A DNA stretch of 64,000 nucleotides, taken from positions 50,100-114,099 of IMG/VR virus record IMGVR_UViG_3300025276_000001. One strand, 5' to 3'. The translations under genes were made by a program, and so were the position numbers. This document shows positions 30,515 to 40,942 of the stretch, piece after piece; position 1 is the first letter of the stretch, and every line of letters begins with the position of its first letter. This stretch comes from a virus. The notes below the pieces were generated by a model. That model saw only the letters and a program-made list of their open reading frames with translations, ran no database searches and had not been told where the DNA came from.

Positions 30515-31501
30515 TTATAATTTAATGTTTCCTACTAGAAAATCATAAGGTAGCTGATAGTTTCTTTCTTTATAATGATAGCTTGCAACTTTTATAACTC
30601 CCTCAAGACCATCAGCCCAACCAGCTAAAGTCTCATCAGTAACATCAAATACATAAACTTGTTTGTATGTATCTATTACTACAAACTTAAATTTAATACT
30701 GTACTCTTCTGCTTTATCACCTAACGTATCATAAACTAATTTACAATATATAGCCGCTTGCAGCCAGTAATTATAAAAGTCTATAGTCTCCCGGAAATCA
30801 GAAATAGTTTTACCTGTAGTCTTAAGGTCACAGATAACAACTTCTTTCTTATCATGGTTTACTTTATAGAAATCTATATAACCATGTAATCCAAAATCAT
30901 TGCCTGCTAGTTCAGACTTTAGATAATCTTCTGCATGAGTCTCTATTGGATCTAATTCAAAGTCTGTTTTCTGTTCAGTAAATAAAGACATTACATCTTT
31001 GTTTTCTTTTATAGTCTCAACCATTTCTGTACACTTAGCAACAGTATCTTGATCTACAACATCAACGTTTGTATTAGATAAGAACTTCCAATAAGGTGCA
31101 TTATCCTCAGTAATAACTTTCTTTAGTCTTTGTTCATCTGTTTTAAGAGACTGGAAAAGATTTAAAGTTTTTAATGATTCTAAGGCCTGTATCTCACATA
31201 GATCTAATGTTTCTGCATTAGTATGAATAGACATGTCTTTCATTACTTTTCTAATATTATCACTTGGTGCTTTACCAGGTATAATATTAAACTTTTCAGC
31301 TACTTTCTCTGGTTCAAACAATAAGCAATGTACAAGCTTTCCTTCTACAAGGTGTTTGTCTGTTCTGACTTCACGGTCAAACAGTATATATTCTTTATAA
31401 AATAAAGATGGTGAAAACAATAATTTATTCAAAGAAGAGTAACTAAAACAAAAGTCTTTTTTTGCATAGAATACTTCTTCTTTACTCTGGTTTTTTTTCA
31501 T
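30515..31501 (-). CDS. PD-(D/E)xK exonuclease (RecB/Cas4-like)
   Basis: SYSSL, GKLVH, GYIDF...DLKTT, YWLQAAIY. Confidence 0.85.
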   Translation of the reverse strand: MKKNQSKEEVFYAKKDFCFSYSSLNKLLFSPSLFYKEYILFDREVRTDKHLVEGKLVHCLLFEPEKVAEKFNIIPGKAPSDNIRKVMKDMSIHTNAETLDLCEIQALESLKTLNLFQSLKTDEQRLKKVITEDNAPYWKFLSNTNVDVVDQDTVAKCTEMVETIKENKDVMSLFTEQKTDFELDPIETHAEDYLKSELAGNDFGLHGYIDFYKVNHDKKEVVICDLKTTGKTISDFRETIDFYNYWLQAAIYCKLVYDTLGDKAEEYSIKFKFVVIDTYKQVYVFDVTDETLAGWADGLEGVIKVASYHYKERNYQLPYDFLVGNIKL

Positions 31502-31643
31502 TAGATTTAATTAAGTTATCAATTATGTCTAGCTGCTGCTGAAGTTTTTGGATTTGTAATTTAACTTCATTTGACGGAGCTTTCTGTTTATATAGTAAAA
31601 TTGTCTCTGATATCACTTTCTTCATGTCTGATTTCTTGCTCAT
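31482..31643 (-). CDS. 53-aa helical-hairpin micro-protein, not in ORF track
   Basis: MSKKSDMKKVISETILLYKQKAPSNEVKLQIQKLQQQLDIIDNLIKSNEKKPE bridges the intergenic gap. Confidence 0.5.
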   Translation of the reverse strand: MSKKSDMKKVISETILLYKQKAPSNEVKLQIQKLQQQLDIIDNLIKSNEKKPE

Positions 31644-32793
31644 CTGTTTCTTTTTTAATTATGTTATCTGTTAATGTATCTTTTAATTTTACACTATCCA
31701 AGCTAATAGAGAAAACATTAGCATTATTACCACCTATATCACGTAAAACTTCATGGTATAACTTTTCTCTAGTGTTGTCTAATGCAAACTTAGTTAATTT
31801 TTTATCTTCAATTAGACATTCTATGTAGTTATTATAAGCATATATCATTGTAGCATTACATCCGCCTTGATACTTCTTAAGCCTTTTTCTTAAAGCTTTA
31901 ACATTAACCGTATTCCAATTACTGGTGTCTTTTAACCAATCAAAATACCAGTAAAACACATGAGATACAATATCAAAAGACTTATCAATATTACAGTTAG
32001 CAAGCATTTCTAATGCTAGGGTCCTGTTCTCTTTACCATCATTTTTTACCATTTTAACTATGGTGTCAAGTTCAGTATTTTCTAGCACTGCTAATTGTTC
32101 ATCTATTATATTAATAATATCTGTATCATAAACAATTATTGCTTTAGAATTTACAATATTATTGTAATTTACTACATTAACTTGATGAAGTATAATATCT
32201 CTACTATTAGTATCATCACTTACAAAGAGTTTTTCCTTTAACACTTGAAAAACATTTCTAAGATTATCTTCTGCAGTACTATTACGACTGTAATTATAAG
32301 GAAAATCAAGTTTAATCATAGCATCTGGCCCCATATCATGAAGCATTTCTCTACACTTTGATAATCCACTTTCTGATATAAAATCTTTTTCTTTGGCCTC
32401 TTGTAAGAGTTTTATCAAAAGACTTACTTTAACAGAAGTATTCCATTCATAATCAAATAAGTTATCAAATAGTTGATCTGATACTACATTTATATCTGCT
32501 TTATTAATATCTCTTATGACTTTACAATTATACTTTTCCTTTAGTAAATCCACCTTTTGTCTAGGTAGATCTAATTTAGGAAACCTATACAAAGTTTTGT
32601 CTTGTACAGTGAAAGCTTTAGCAGGTGTAAAAGATATACCTAACTTTGCTTTATCTTTATCATCTAAGTTATAATTATCACTACTACCCATCCAATAGCC
32701 TTTAGATTCATGATTAAAAGCATTATCATTTAACTTACCATTTATGAATGTCTCAGTATTAATACTTATGGATACGTTATATTTTTTCTTCAT
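31588..32793 (-). CDS. BRCT-like domain protein (paralog A)
   Basis: LPRQKVDLLKEKYNCKVIRDINKADINVV; helical motif IVKMVKNDGKENRTLA. Confidence 0.5.
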   Translation of the reverse strand: MKKKYNVSISINTETFINGKLNDNAFNHESKGYWMGSSDNYNLDDKDKAKLGISFTPAKAFTVQDKTLYRFPKLDLPRQKVDLLKEKYNCKVIRDINKADINVVSDQLFDNLFDYEWNTSVKVSLLIKLLQEAKEKDFISESGLSKCREMLHDMGPDAMIKLDFPYNYSRNSTAEDNLRNVFQVLKEKLFVSDDTNSRDIILHQVNVVNYNNIVNSKAIIVYDTDIINIIDEQLAVLENTELDTIVKMVKNDGKENRTLALEMLANCNIDKSFDIVSHVFYWYFDWLKDTSNWNTVNVKALRKRLKKYQGGCNATMIYAYNNYIECLIEDKKLTKFALDNTREKLYHEVLRDIGGNNANVFSISLDSVKLKDTLTDNIIKKETDEQEIRHEESDIRDNFTI

Positions 32794-33838
32794 TAGTTTT
32801 TGTTTTATTAGTTAAATACTGTAAGTATTCTTTTTTTACAGATACTTTAAATGTATAAAGATCTCTATTTTGTATCCTTATCTCTTGTCTTACTATAGGT
32901 TCTAAGTATTTAAAAGTTGTTTGACACAATTCTTTTTTCTTTTCTAACCATAGTATCATGCCTTGTGCAGACAATCTAGTGAACTGATCAAAGTTTGATT
33001 CTTTTAACCAAAACTGGATATCTTTGTCTCTATTATAATTCCACATGTTATTCTCACAATCCTGAGCAAATTGCCACAGTAAATGATAGTTCTTTGTATA
33101 ATCTATACAAGGAATAATCTTAGCAGCCATAGCTTTATTCTCATCACCATAAGCATTTAACTGTTTCTTTAAATCAACCAGCAACTCTTCATCCATAATC
33201 ATCTTTGTAGATGAACTATGTAATACAGTTTCTGGATCTATAACACTTACTTCAGTAGTATCAATTATATGCGCTAGATTAAGAGCCATACCTGTAATCA
33301 TCCACTCATCATAAAGACTGGTAATTATATTAAAATCATAATATCTGATATTCTCAGTTATCTTAGATGTTAATATTACATTACCGTGCTTCTTAATAAG
33401 TTGATTAATAGGACTAGTAGAGCTTGTTGCTCCATCAGTAGTTTCATAGTTCCATAACTTTGCTAACATTATAGAAGTCATTATTGGATCAGCATTTTCA
33501 AACCTTCTTTCAATACCCTCATGACCTACTATAAGATCTGCTTTAGTGTAATCATTTGTAACGGTAATACCATGCTCTTTTAAAGCAGCTTTTAATCTAT
33601 CTTGTGATACTTCACATCTAGGTAAAATGAATGCTTTCTTTTTTGTTATAAACGTACTCCCTGATTCAGTTGGTACTGATAAAGACCTTGTTATTTTTTC
33701 ATATGTTGTTTGGTCTTGAGTACACAATACATCTTCTACTACAGAACCAACAAGAACTCCCATTAAAGGAGCTCCTGCTAGATCATAATAGTTTAATGCA
33801 GTAGTATCAAAACTTTGATAAACTGATTTATTTGCCAT
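32777..33838 (-). CDS. BRCT-like domain protein (paralog B)
   Basis: VSQDRLKAALKEHGITVTNDYTKADLIV; helical motif LKKQLNAYGDENKAMA. Confidence 0.5.
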   Translation of the reverse strand: MANKSVYQSFDTTALNYYDLAGAPLMGVLVGSVVEDVLCTQDQTTYEKITRSLSVPTESGSTFITKKKAFILPRCEVSQDRLKAALKEHGITVTNDYTKADLIVGHEGIERRFENADPIMTSIMLAKLWNYETTDGATSSTSPINQLIKKHGNVILTSKITENIRYYDFNIITSLYDEWMITGMALNLAHIIDTTEVSVIDPETVLHSSSTKMIMDEELLVDLKKQLNAYGDENKAMAAKIIPCIDYTKNYHLLWQFAQDCENNMWNYNRDKDIQFWLKESNFDQFTRLSAQGMILWLEKKKELCQTTFKYLEPIVRQEIRIQNRDLYTFKVSVKKEYLQYLTNKTKTNEEKI

Positions 33839-33839
33839 T

Positions 33840-35117
33840 CTATTTCATTGTCATTTTGATGATATCTGGATTCATCATCAATTTATTAAACTTAGATTTA
33901 TTACCATTAAAGATGGTTCTTATAACTAGATACTTAAGATCATTTGTAAAGTAATCTTTGGTAGCTAATGATTGTAACCTGTCTGTAATTTTAGCTGATA
34001 TAGTATTTTCTTTAGAATACACTACAGCAAAATTGGCCAAACGTGTTGCTAAAGTAGCAGCAATATCTGCCCGGTACGTGTCATCTTTACCAATACAACT
34101 ACGTAATTCACCTAGGATGTATGATTCACTTTCATGAGTTAATAGATCTTTTGGTGAAACTAACTTATCAAGTTTGTTATTAATAAATGTAGTAAACATA
34201 GAAGCAAATGCATCTCCAACTGAACCTTCACCAATCATTTGTATTAATGATAAGTTATCTTCAAACTTCTCAAAACTTGATATTGAATTAAAGAATGTTG
34301 TAATTGATCTTGCATTAGTTTCTTGTGTTACTAATTCCGGGTGTAGCAACAAGAAGTTAATACATCTTGAATCTATGCCAGCACCTTCCGCCCACTCAGC
34401 CCATACATTAACATCAAACTTAAGATTAGCAGTTACATATCTAGTTTTCTGTGCACTATCTACACTGTTAACCATATAGTCTCCGTTGTCTGGATTTGCT
34501 GTTAGCATAATATGCCAGTCTTTTGGTAATTTCCATGAGATGTAAGTCTGACGGTCTATTAATTCCATAACTGCCTGTATAAAACGTGTATCAGCTCTAT
34601 TCCAGTCATCTAGTAATAATATACCACCCTCTTTAGCATCCGCAATCCATTCCGGTGCACAATAAGACATTCTGTTCTTACCTGTCATTTTGTATCCATT
34701 CTTTAGATACTCTTGTACAGCAAGTTCATCTACCCACATACCAACTTTCTTAGTAATAGTAGCAGGCATTTTAGCTAGATCAGCTGATGCTGATGCTCTT
34801 TGTGCTGCAGTATAGTTAAGATCATCAATCTTTTTCTTAGGGTTAGCAATTGTTTTTTCCTTGAACATTTGAAATTGTCTTACAGGAAACCCTACTAGGT
34901 CACCTAACTCTTCTATCTGTGCAAGATTTAGTTTAACAAATTTTAGTTTGTTTTCTTCAGCTAATTCAACAATAGTAGAAGTTTTACCAATCCCTGATTC
35001 ACCCACTACCTCTATAGAGACAGGAGCTTTATTATTCTCTTGTAAATACCTATTATTTCTTATAATATGATTTACAAATCCTTTTAATTCTGTTACATTT
35101 AAATTTACTTGAGCCAT
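33840..35117 (-). CDS. MoxR-like AAA+ ATPase
   Basis: Walker A GESGIGKT, DLVGFP, Walker B LLLDDWNR, TANP, DSAQKTR. Confidence 0.85.
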   Translation of the reverse strand: MAQVNLNVTELKGFVNHIIRNNRYLQENNKAPVSIEVVGESGIGKTSTIVELAEENKLKFVKLNLAQIEELGDLVGFPVRQFQMFKEKTIANPKKKIDDLNYTAAQRASASADLAKMPATITKKVGMWVDELAVQEYLKNGYKMTGKNRMSYCAPEWIADAKEGGILLLDDWNRADTRFIQAVMELIDRQTYISWKLPKDWHIMLTANPDNGDYMVNSVDSAQKTRYVTANLKFDVNVWAEWAEGAGIDSRCINFLLLHPELVTQETNARSITTFFNSISSFEKFEDNLSLIQMIGEGSVGDAFASMFTTFINNKLDKLVSPKDLLTHESESYILGELRSCIGKDDTYRADIAATLATRLANFAVVYSKENTISAKITDRLQSLATKDYFTNDLKYLVIRTIFNGNKSKFNKLMMNPDIIKMTMK

Positions 35118-35122
35118 TTTTC

Positions 35123-36286
35123 TTAATTTAATTTGATTACTTGTCCTGGTAATTCATCATTCACTTCTGATATACTGCTTAAACACCATAAGGTATTATT
35201 TGGGCAGTTCTCAGGTGGATATGCTTCACCATCTGTTAGATATATAAGGGCAGTATATTTCCCTTTGTGTTCATTAAAATAGTCTATAACTGGTTGGAAG
35301 CTAGTCCCACCTCTACCGTGTATTTCCCAATCTTTTTTAGGATTGAATTCTTCCACAGTTCTTAATTGAGTATCACATTGTGCAACTGATATCTTATGAC
35401 CTGTTTTAGTCATGTGAGATAATTCACTAAAGAATTCTTGCAACTCATCATTGTTTACAGATCCTGAAGTATCTACACCTACTAATATGTGATTTTTAAA
35501 CTTAATCTTTAAGCCTGGGCTAGCGGAGTAACGTTTGTTATACTTACGTCTTAGTTTCTTTGTATAAACTACACTTGAGTTACCTACAAATCTTCTTAGA
35601 TATTGTTTCCAATCAAACTTAGCAGGTTCTATATGAAAGAGTCTTTCTATTAACTCTTTAAATTCACCCGGTATGTTACCTTGTTTTTTAACTGTTTGTT
35701 CTGCAGCCTCCTTAAGTTGATGTTCTACTTGTTTTTCTAATAATTTCTTATCAGGTTCTGACATGCCGTCAAATTCATCCCAAGTAGTATGATCATACTC
35801 AGTTTCTCCATTCATCTTATCCATTAGGTTATCTAATGAAGGACATGTTCCATCTTTCTGTCCTTGTTCCAAAAGATTGTAATATACTTTTGTACCTGCC
35901 TTACTAGGAAGATTTAGTTCTGGAAAACTTGACAATAATAAACCACCTTCTGGTAATCTATCACTGGATATATATTGATTAATCTCTAAATCAGCAGCTA
36001 TATTAAATAACTTATGATCTGAATAAAGATCTCTCATGATTAAATGTCCAAATGCTATGTGCAACAGTTCATGTTTGATTAACCCTACTCTGTGGAGTAA
36101 TGGTAATCCTTCATAAAACTCTGGATTTATAGTTAACTGCATACCAATACCTTGCTTGCTTACACCTGCTGTAGGTATTTGTAAACTAAACTTCTTATTG
36201 ATACCAATCAAAAAGAGCCCGTAAAAGGGCTCATCTAAAATTAGGTCTTTAGTTGTCTTAGCAACTAAGTCTTGTATGTTCTTCAT
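35123..36286 (-). CDS. Metallopeptidase-vWA protein (DUF2201-like)
   Basis: HELLH, NIAADLEIN, MIDAS DTSGS, GRGGT, LTDG. Confidence 0.88.
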   Translation of the reverse strand: MKNIQDLVAKTTKDLILDEPFYGLFLIGINKKFSLQIPTAGVSKQGIGMQLTINPEFYEGLPLLHRVGLIKHELLHIAFGHLIMRDLYSDHKLFNIAADLEINQYISSDRLPEGGLLLSSFPELNLPSKAGTKVYYNLLEQGQKDGTCPSLDNLMDKMNGETEYDHTTWDEFDGMSEPDKKLLEKQVEHQLKEAAEQTVKKQGNIPGEFKELIERLFHIEPAKFDWKQYLRRFVGNSSVVYTKKLRRKYNKRYSASPGLKIKFKNHILVGVDTSGSVNNDELQEFFSELSHMTKTGHKISVAQCDTQLRTVEEFNPKKDWEIHGRGGTSFQPVIDYFNEHKGKYTALIYLTDGEAYPPENCPNNTLWCLSSISEVNDELPGQVIKLN

Positions 36287-36291
36287 ATTTT

Positions 36292-36609
36292 CTAAGTCCT
36301 CATGATTAGTATAAGTATTTGTTTATAGATATGTTTGTTTCCGTTTCTTTTGATTTCACTGTAGATGTTCCTACTAAGCAATTTTTGATAAGTATAAACA
36401 AGACCAGGATCTCCCGGCCAGTAGTTAGTCCACTTAATAAACCTTTTCCTGTTAATACCTTGTAATGATTTAACAAGCAATAGATCTAATAGAGCTTTGT
36501 CATTATACATTAAGTTATCTAAATTGTTAATAGCAATATAATAATCTTCATCTACACCATTCAATAATTTCCTTAATGATAGGAACTCATCAATTGTGAT
36601 GTTACTCAT
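36292..36609 (-). CDS. Hypothetical protein with a helical motif shared with the BRCT-like paralogs
   Basis: ITIDEFLSLRKLLNGVDEDYYIA. Confidence 0.55.
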   Translation of the reverse strand: MSNITIDEFLSLRKLLNGVDEDYYIAINNLDNLMYNDKALLDLLLVKSLQGINRKRFIKWTNYWPGDPGLVYTYQKLLSRNIYSEIKRNGNKHIYKQILILIMRT

Positions 36610-36973
36610 CCTTAAGTATTTCTATCCATACACCCGGATTCTCCTTATCATAAGAGTACTGTTCAAAGGCAGGTAAAATAAATTCTGCATTATCATCTTC
36701 AATCCATCCTGCTTTAACCATATCATCTTGCACTGTTTGTGCTGGATTTATATAGTCAAACTTATGACGACTGCCTCTGATAAATTCAAAAGATATTTTT
36801 GCTGGTAGTGAATGTTTAGCTAGCTCAGCTTTAAACTCATCTGCATATTGTGCATAATAGTCTTTAGCTACTTTTCTATAATTCATTACAGCTTTACTAG
36901 CTATAAAGTATTTACCTGTCCATCTACGGCCATTCTTACTGCTGGGCACTGAGCCCGGTATAAACCATTTCAT
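36602..36973 (-). CDS. RusA-like Holliday junction resolvase
   Basis: VPSSKN, FDYINPAQTVQD, IEDDN; ATG 36973 preferred. Confidence 0.7.
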   Translation of the reverse strand: MKWFIPGSVPSSKNGRRWTGKYFIASKAVMNYRKVAKDYYAQYADEFKAELAKHSLPAKISFEFIRGSRHKFDYINPAQTVQDDMVKAGWIEDDNAEFILPAFEQYSYDKENPGVWIEILKDE

Positions 36974-36975
36974 AT

Positions 36976-37953
36976 TTATTGTTTTAGTGTTTCCTTTAGT
37001 AAAGGTTTTAACATAGCATGAACTATATCTAAACCATGCAACTTCATAGCATCTGATATGTCTTTGCATATAGTTGGTACAAAACCGTTGATTTTATATG
37101 CATTAGCATATCTTTCTACAGCTTTGAGGCCAGCCTCATCATTATCAAAAAGAGTAATTACTTTTTTGTACTTCTTCTTTAAGTGTTCAATGACATATGG
37201 TTTAATAATAGTGTTCTCACTATCAGGTGCTACAACTTCTATATTGTATCCCATTCCTTTTAAACATAATGCATCTTTTAATGATGAACATATTACTAAA
37301 TAGGGTTGATTAAATTTTAATTGATCATATCCTTGAAGGTGAGGTTTGACTTTATGAAATTTATGCTTGCTACTCTTAGGTTGATATACTTTATATATAT
37401 CACCTGATTTATCAAAGTAACCATAAAGGCCAGTCCCTTCTATCTTCAATGCTTTAACTTGATCCGCCTCTGACTTAACTAAATTATAATATTCTATGGG
37501 TTTAACATTGTATTCTGTTAATATAGACATGCCAATTCTAAATGATAACCAAAACTTACTATCATCTTGATTCCATGGCCTAACTTTTACAAAGTCTACT
37601 TCCCACTTAGCTTCTGGTTTAAAATTTATCTCTTCAAATCCTTCTGTCTTGACATGTAGATTGTAATCTTTTACAATTCTCATAGCCGCAGCAGGGTATT
37701 CTAGATTAAACATTAACTTTACCAGGTCAACTTTATTACCATTCTTGCCTGTAGAGAAATCTTTAAACTTATATTGATTTATGTTTTTATCTACATAAAT
37801 ACAAAAGCTTGGTGTTTTCTCATTAGGGTTAAATACAGAAGTTAGCTTTATATCCTGACCAGTTAGTTTCTCTGGTAGGTTCAAATAATACTGAAATACC
37901 CAATAACTAGGTATGTCAGATTCTTCAAGAACTAAATTTTTTGTATTAAACAT
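36976..37953 (-). CDS. DNA primase (Toprim, crAss-type)
   Basis: EKTPSF, FKDFS, ICSSLKD, FDNDEAG, KDISD. Confidence 0.85.
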   Translation of the reverse strand: MFNTKNLVLEESDIPSYWVFQYYLNLPEKLTGQDIKLTSVFNPNEKTPSFCIYVDKNINQYKFKDFSTGKNGNKVDLVKLMFNLEYPAAAMRIVKDYNLHVKTEGFEEINFKPEAKWEVDFVKVRPWNQDDSKFWLSFRIGMSILTEYNVKPIEYYNLVKSEADQVKALKIEGTGLYGYFDKSGDIYKVYQPKSSKHKFHKVKPHLQGYDQLKFNQPYLVICSSLKDALCLKGMGYNIEVVAPDSENTIIKPYVIEHLKKKYKKVITLFDNDEAGLKAVERYANAYKINGFVPTICKDISDAMKLHGLDIVHAMLKPLLKETLKQ

Positions 37954-37969
37954 AAATGCCAAATTAAAT

Positions 37970-38001
37970 AAAAAAAAGGAGCTGACCATAAGCCAACTCC
38001 C
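37970..38001 (-). terminator. Intrinsic terminator
   Basis: Minus strand GGAGTTGGC-ttatg-GTCAGCTCC followed by a T-run. Confidence 0.75.
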
Positions 38002-38020
38002 TTAATTTTATATCAATTAT

Positions 38021-38695
38021 TTACAAATCAAAATCATCACCTGCTGTCTTAGCCGGTTCAAACTGATTTGTTTCTACTACAGCTTTCTTAACTGTAGGTC
38101 TGTAATGATTCTTATCATTAGGATTATATGCAATCAACCTAGAATTTTCTACTCCCAAAGCCTCAAGAGGAATTCCTGCTTTGCTCATCTTTGGTAGGTA
38201 TAAATCATTGTTCACATAACCTTCTTTGTTTTCCCACTCACGTGATCCTAAGCACATGTTTACAAATCCTGTATTAGATAGTACACCATTACAAGCAGTC
38301 ATAAACTCTTCAATAGTATTTGCTTTAATAGCATCCAACTCAGTTCTCTTACCAATTTGCTCTGATAAATATATCATTGCTTTCATAACTTCAGTATCTC
38401 TACTAATTTCAGCACCACTTGCTAATATTGCATCTTTGTATGGGTATGGAGAGAATCTTACTCTACCAACTTGACCTGCATAACGTGGGCTGTTTGGGTT
38501 ATTTGCATCTAATAAAAATCCTTGAAATTCACCTTCTACTGGCTCACTTTCTATATGTAACATAATATTAAATGCATCCATATCATATGGTGTTACATCA
38601 AACGTTACTGAATTGATCTTTACTACATGATTTCCTGGACCAATTACTGGTTTTTCTTTACCGCTTCCGGCTGACATTCCGCTAGTACTTAACAT
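38021..38695 (-). CDS. Putative single-stranded DNA-binding protein
   Basis: PG.HVVKI beta start, acidic tail GDDFDL; lies downstream of an AAA_24-like ATPase. Confidence 0.5.
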   Translation of the reverse strand: MLSTSGMSAGSGKEKPVIGPGNHVVKINSVTFDVTPYDMDAFNIMLHIESEPVEGEFQGFLLDANNPNSPRYAGQVGRVRFSPYPYKDAILASGAEISRDTEVMKAMIYLSEQIGKRTELDAIKANTIEEFMTACNGVLSNTGFVNMCLGSREWENKEGYVNNDLYLPKMSKAGIPLEALGVENSRLIAYNPNDKNHYRPTVKKAVVETNQFEPAKTAGDDFDL

Positions 38696-38722
38696 AATTT
38701 TTGTTTTTTAATGGTTTATTAA

Positions 38723-39406
38723 TTATTCTTCATATTTTTTAATACAGTCTTTTACATACTGCAGGTTGTTTGGAATGAAGAAATCTTCAAACATACCTTG
38801 AGGTGATTTACATGTGTTCTCTCCATTGTTTTGAGTCTCAAAACCATATTCAAGTTCACCATCATCATTTTTATTTACTTTCCCAAATAATACAATTGAA
38901 AATAGGCCTTCCAAAGTTAAAGTATTATCTATCATTTTACCTATAGTTTTAGCTTTGATTTTTCTATTTCCATTGATATCAGTTGAATCTTCTGAGTGAG
39001 TTAAGAAGATTACAGTTAAGTCATCTCTTAAATCTTTAGGCAACTTTGCCACCATGGCAAGGTTAGCTGCAATTTGAGTAAACTTATCATAACCTTTCTC
39101 TGTGGCTCTATCAAAATATTCAAAAGAACTCATATACTGCCAATCATCAACAACTAATGTTTTGATTGTTGGCCTTTTCTGATCTACATGATTTATTGCT
39201 TTTATAATACCTGCCGCAGAAGATGCTGAGGCCAAGTTACCCTGTGGATTATCCTTACTTATTAATGTGTAATTCTTTTTCCAACCCTTAAATGGTAAAG
39301 GCTTATTAGCTATGTTTATAATGAATGTTTCATCTGGATTTAAATTTCTAATTGCAGTTGACTTACCAGTTCCTGAGTCAGCAATGATTAATACACTTTG
39401 TGCCAT
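38723..39406 (-). CDS. AAA_24/Sak4-like ATPase
   Basis: DSGTGKST, VVDDWQY, LTHSE, KSPQGMF. Confidence 0.8.
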   Translation of the reverse strand: MAQSVLIIADSGTGKSTAIRNLNPDETFIINIANKPLPFKGWKKNYTLISKDNPQGNLASASSAAGIIKAINHVDQKRPTIKTLVVDDWQYMSSFEYFDRATEKGYDKFTQIAANLAMVAKLPKDLRDDLTVIFLTHSEDSTDINGNRKIKAKTIGKMIDNTLTLEGLFSIVLFGKVNKNDDGELEYGFETQNNGENTCKSPQGMFEDFFIPNNLQYVKDCIKKYEE

Positions 39407-39410
39407 TTTA

Positions 39411-39968
39411 CTATCTATATTTAGTTATTACTTTAGTTAATGTTATTAAGGTTTGATTTATTTCTTCTAATTTATCTACAAGTGCTGTTGATGGTGTTTC
39501 ATCTGGATCAGTCAAACTAAATAGATCTGTAACTTTACCTATTACTTTAGCTGTAGTCTCTTCTCCTTTAGGTGATAAACCTGCTTTTAAACTAGCAATA
39601 TAACCTCTACTGGTTACATCATTAATGACTTTCAATTCACTAACCGGTATCATATGTCTTTGAAATCCTGAATTTGAAGTAATAAGTTCATACTCTGATT
39701 TCCAGTGTGGATTGTAGTTTAGTAAATACAATGTTCTTTTAGGATCTTCAGAAACATAATCTATAGATACAAACTCTGTATATATATCTTCTTCTTTTTC
39801 CATTTCACTAGGAAAGAAACTAACATGTAATTCATCCTTACCAGAAGGTCTGTATGCCATCTTAGGAATGTATAATGCATTTATCTTACCTTCTTTTTGA
39901 AAGTAATCTTCATGCTCCTCTTTTAAAGTAGAGACTCTTTGCTTGCGCACTGCAGTTGTTATTGCCAT
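39411..39968 (-). CDS. Hypothetical protein
   Basis: 185-aa ORF in the replication operon. Confidence 0.65.
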   Translation of the reverse strand: MAITTAVRKQRVSTLKEEHEDYFQKEGKINALYIPKMAYRPSGKDELHVSFFPSEMEKEEDIYTEFVSIDYVSEDPKRTLYLLNYNPHWKSEYELITSNSGFQRHMIPVSELKVINDVTSRGYIASLKAGLSPKGEETTAKVIGKVTDLFSLTDPDETPSTALVDKLEEINQTLITLTKVITKYR

Positions 39969-39985
39969 AATTTAAATTATTATTA

Positions 39986-40942
39986 TTAACGTCTTTCCTG
40001 TTGACCAGGGGTTTGCATTTCTTCTATCATCATTTGTTCAAACTTTGCTTTGAAGAAACTCATACGTGCATCACCATTTCTAGCTTTTAGAAAGTGTAAC
40101 ACTAATGTTCTATCATTTTCTATGATATATCTGTCAGGTCCATAGAACCTAATCTTTTGTTTAGCAGGTCTATTAATACCAATCAACATATCTGCATGCT
40201 GTAACATAGCATCTGAGCCAAATATATCTGATTCAAGTATATAGTTACCATACTTACCATCTATTGCTCTATCTGGGCTATCAATATTTCTATTAAGCTG
40301 TGATAGTGCAATAAACAAACAAGGATAGTCTCTCTTACATTGTGTAAAGAACTCACCTAACTCAAACATCATATCTAATGTATTATTTTGATAGGGTGCT
40401 CTCTTTACTAACATAGTATGATCTAAAGTGATCATAGTCTTCTTGCCTTTATGCATGTCCATATATACATCAATCTGCTCACGCATTTGATTTACTGTTA
40501 ATGGAGTACTAATTATATCCACTGGATTCTTAACTCTTTCTTTAGCATACTGGTGACATGTGTTAAGCACATCCGGTTGTAAAGTACTACCAGCACTACA
40601 CAACTCTTTGTATGTTTTACCTGTAAAAGAACTAAATTCTCTAATAGCTGAGGTTCTACCCACCATCTCAAATTGAAATTCTAATACTCTAAAGTCATCA
40701 TTAGGGTTCAATGCAAATGATTCCCTAATAATCTGATCTTTTATTAATGTCTTACCTGAACCAGGTCTTCCACCAATAACAGTTAATGTATTCCATTCTA
40801 AACCATCAGTAGCAGCATCATTAAATTTAGGCCATGGAGTATAGATAGATTTCTCTTGTCCATTCTGTCTGGCATGCATATATTTTAATGCTTCATTAAA
40901 GGCAGCATATTGACCTACCCATCTTTCTTTTGGTTTACTCAT
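39986..40942 (-). CDS. DnaB-like replicative helicase
   Basis: GGRPGSGKT, FEM, LDH, LSQLNR, ADML, KARNG. Confidence 0.9.
   Translation of the reverse strand: MSKPKERWVGQYAAFNEALKYMHARQNGQEKSIYTPWPKFNDAATDGLEWNTLTVIGGRPGSGKTLIKDQIIRESFALNPNDDFRVLEFQFEMVGRTSAIREFSSFTGKTYKELCSAGSTLQPDVLNTCHQYAKERVKNPVDIISTPLTVNQMREQIDVYMDMHKGKKTMITLDHTMLVKRAPYQNNTLDMMFELGEFFTQCKRDYPCLFIALSQLNRNIDSPDRAIDGKYGNYILESDIFGSDAMLQHADMLIGINRPAKQKIRFYGPDRYIIENDRTLVLHFLKARNGDARMSFFKAKFEQMMIEEMQTPGQQERR

Noticed and set aside
31482-31643. Apparent frameshift or read-through after the 401-aa gene
   Set aside because: Re-reading shows an intact overlapping 53-aa ORF in another frame.
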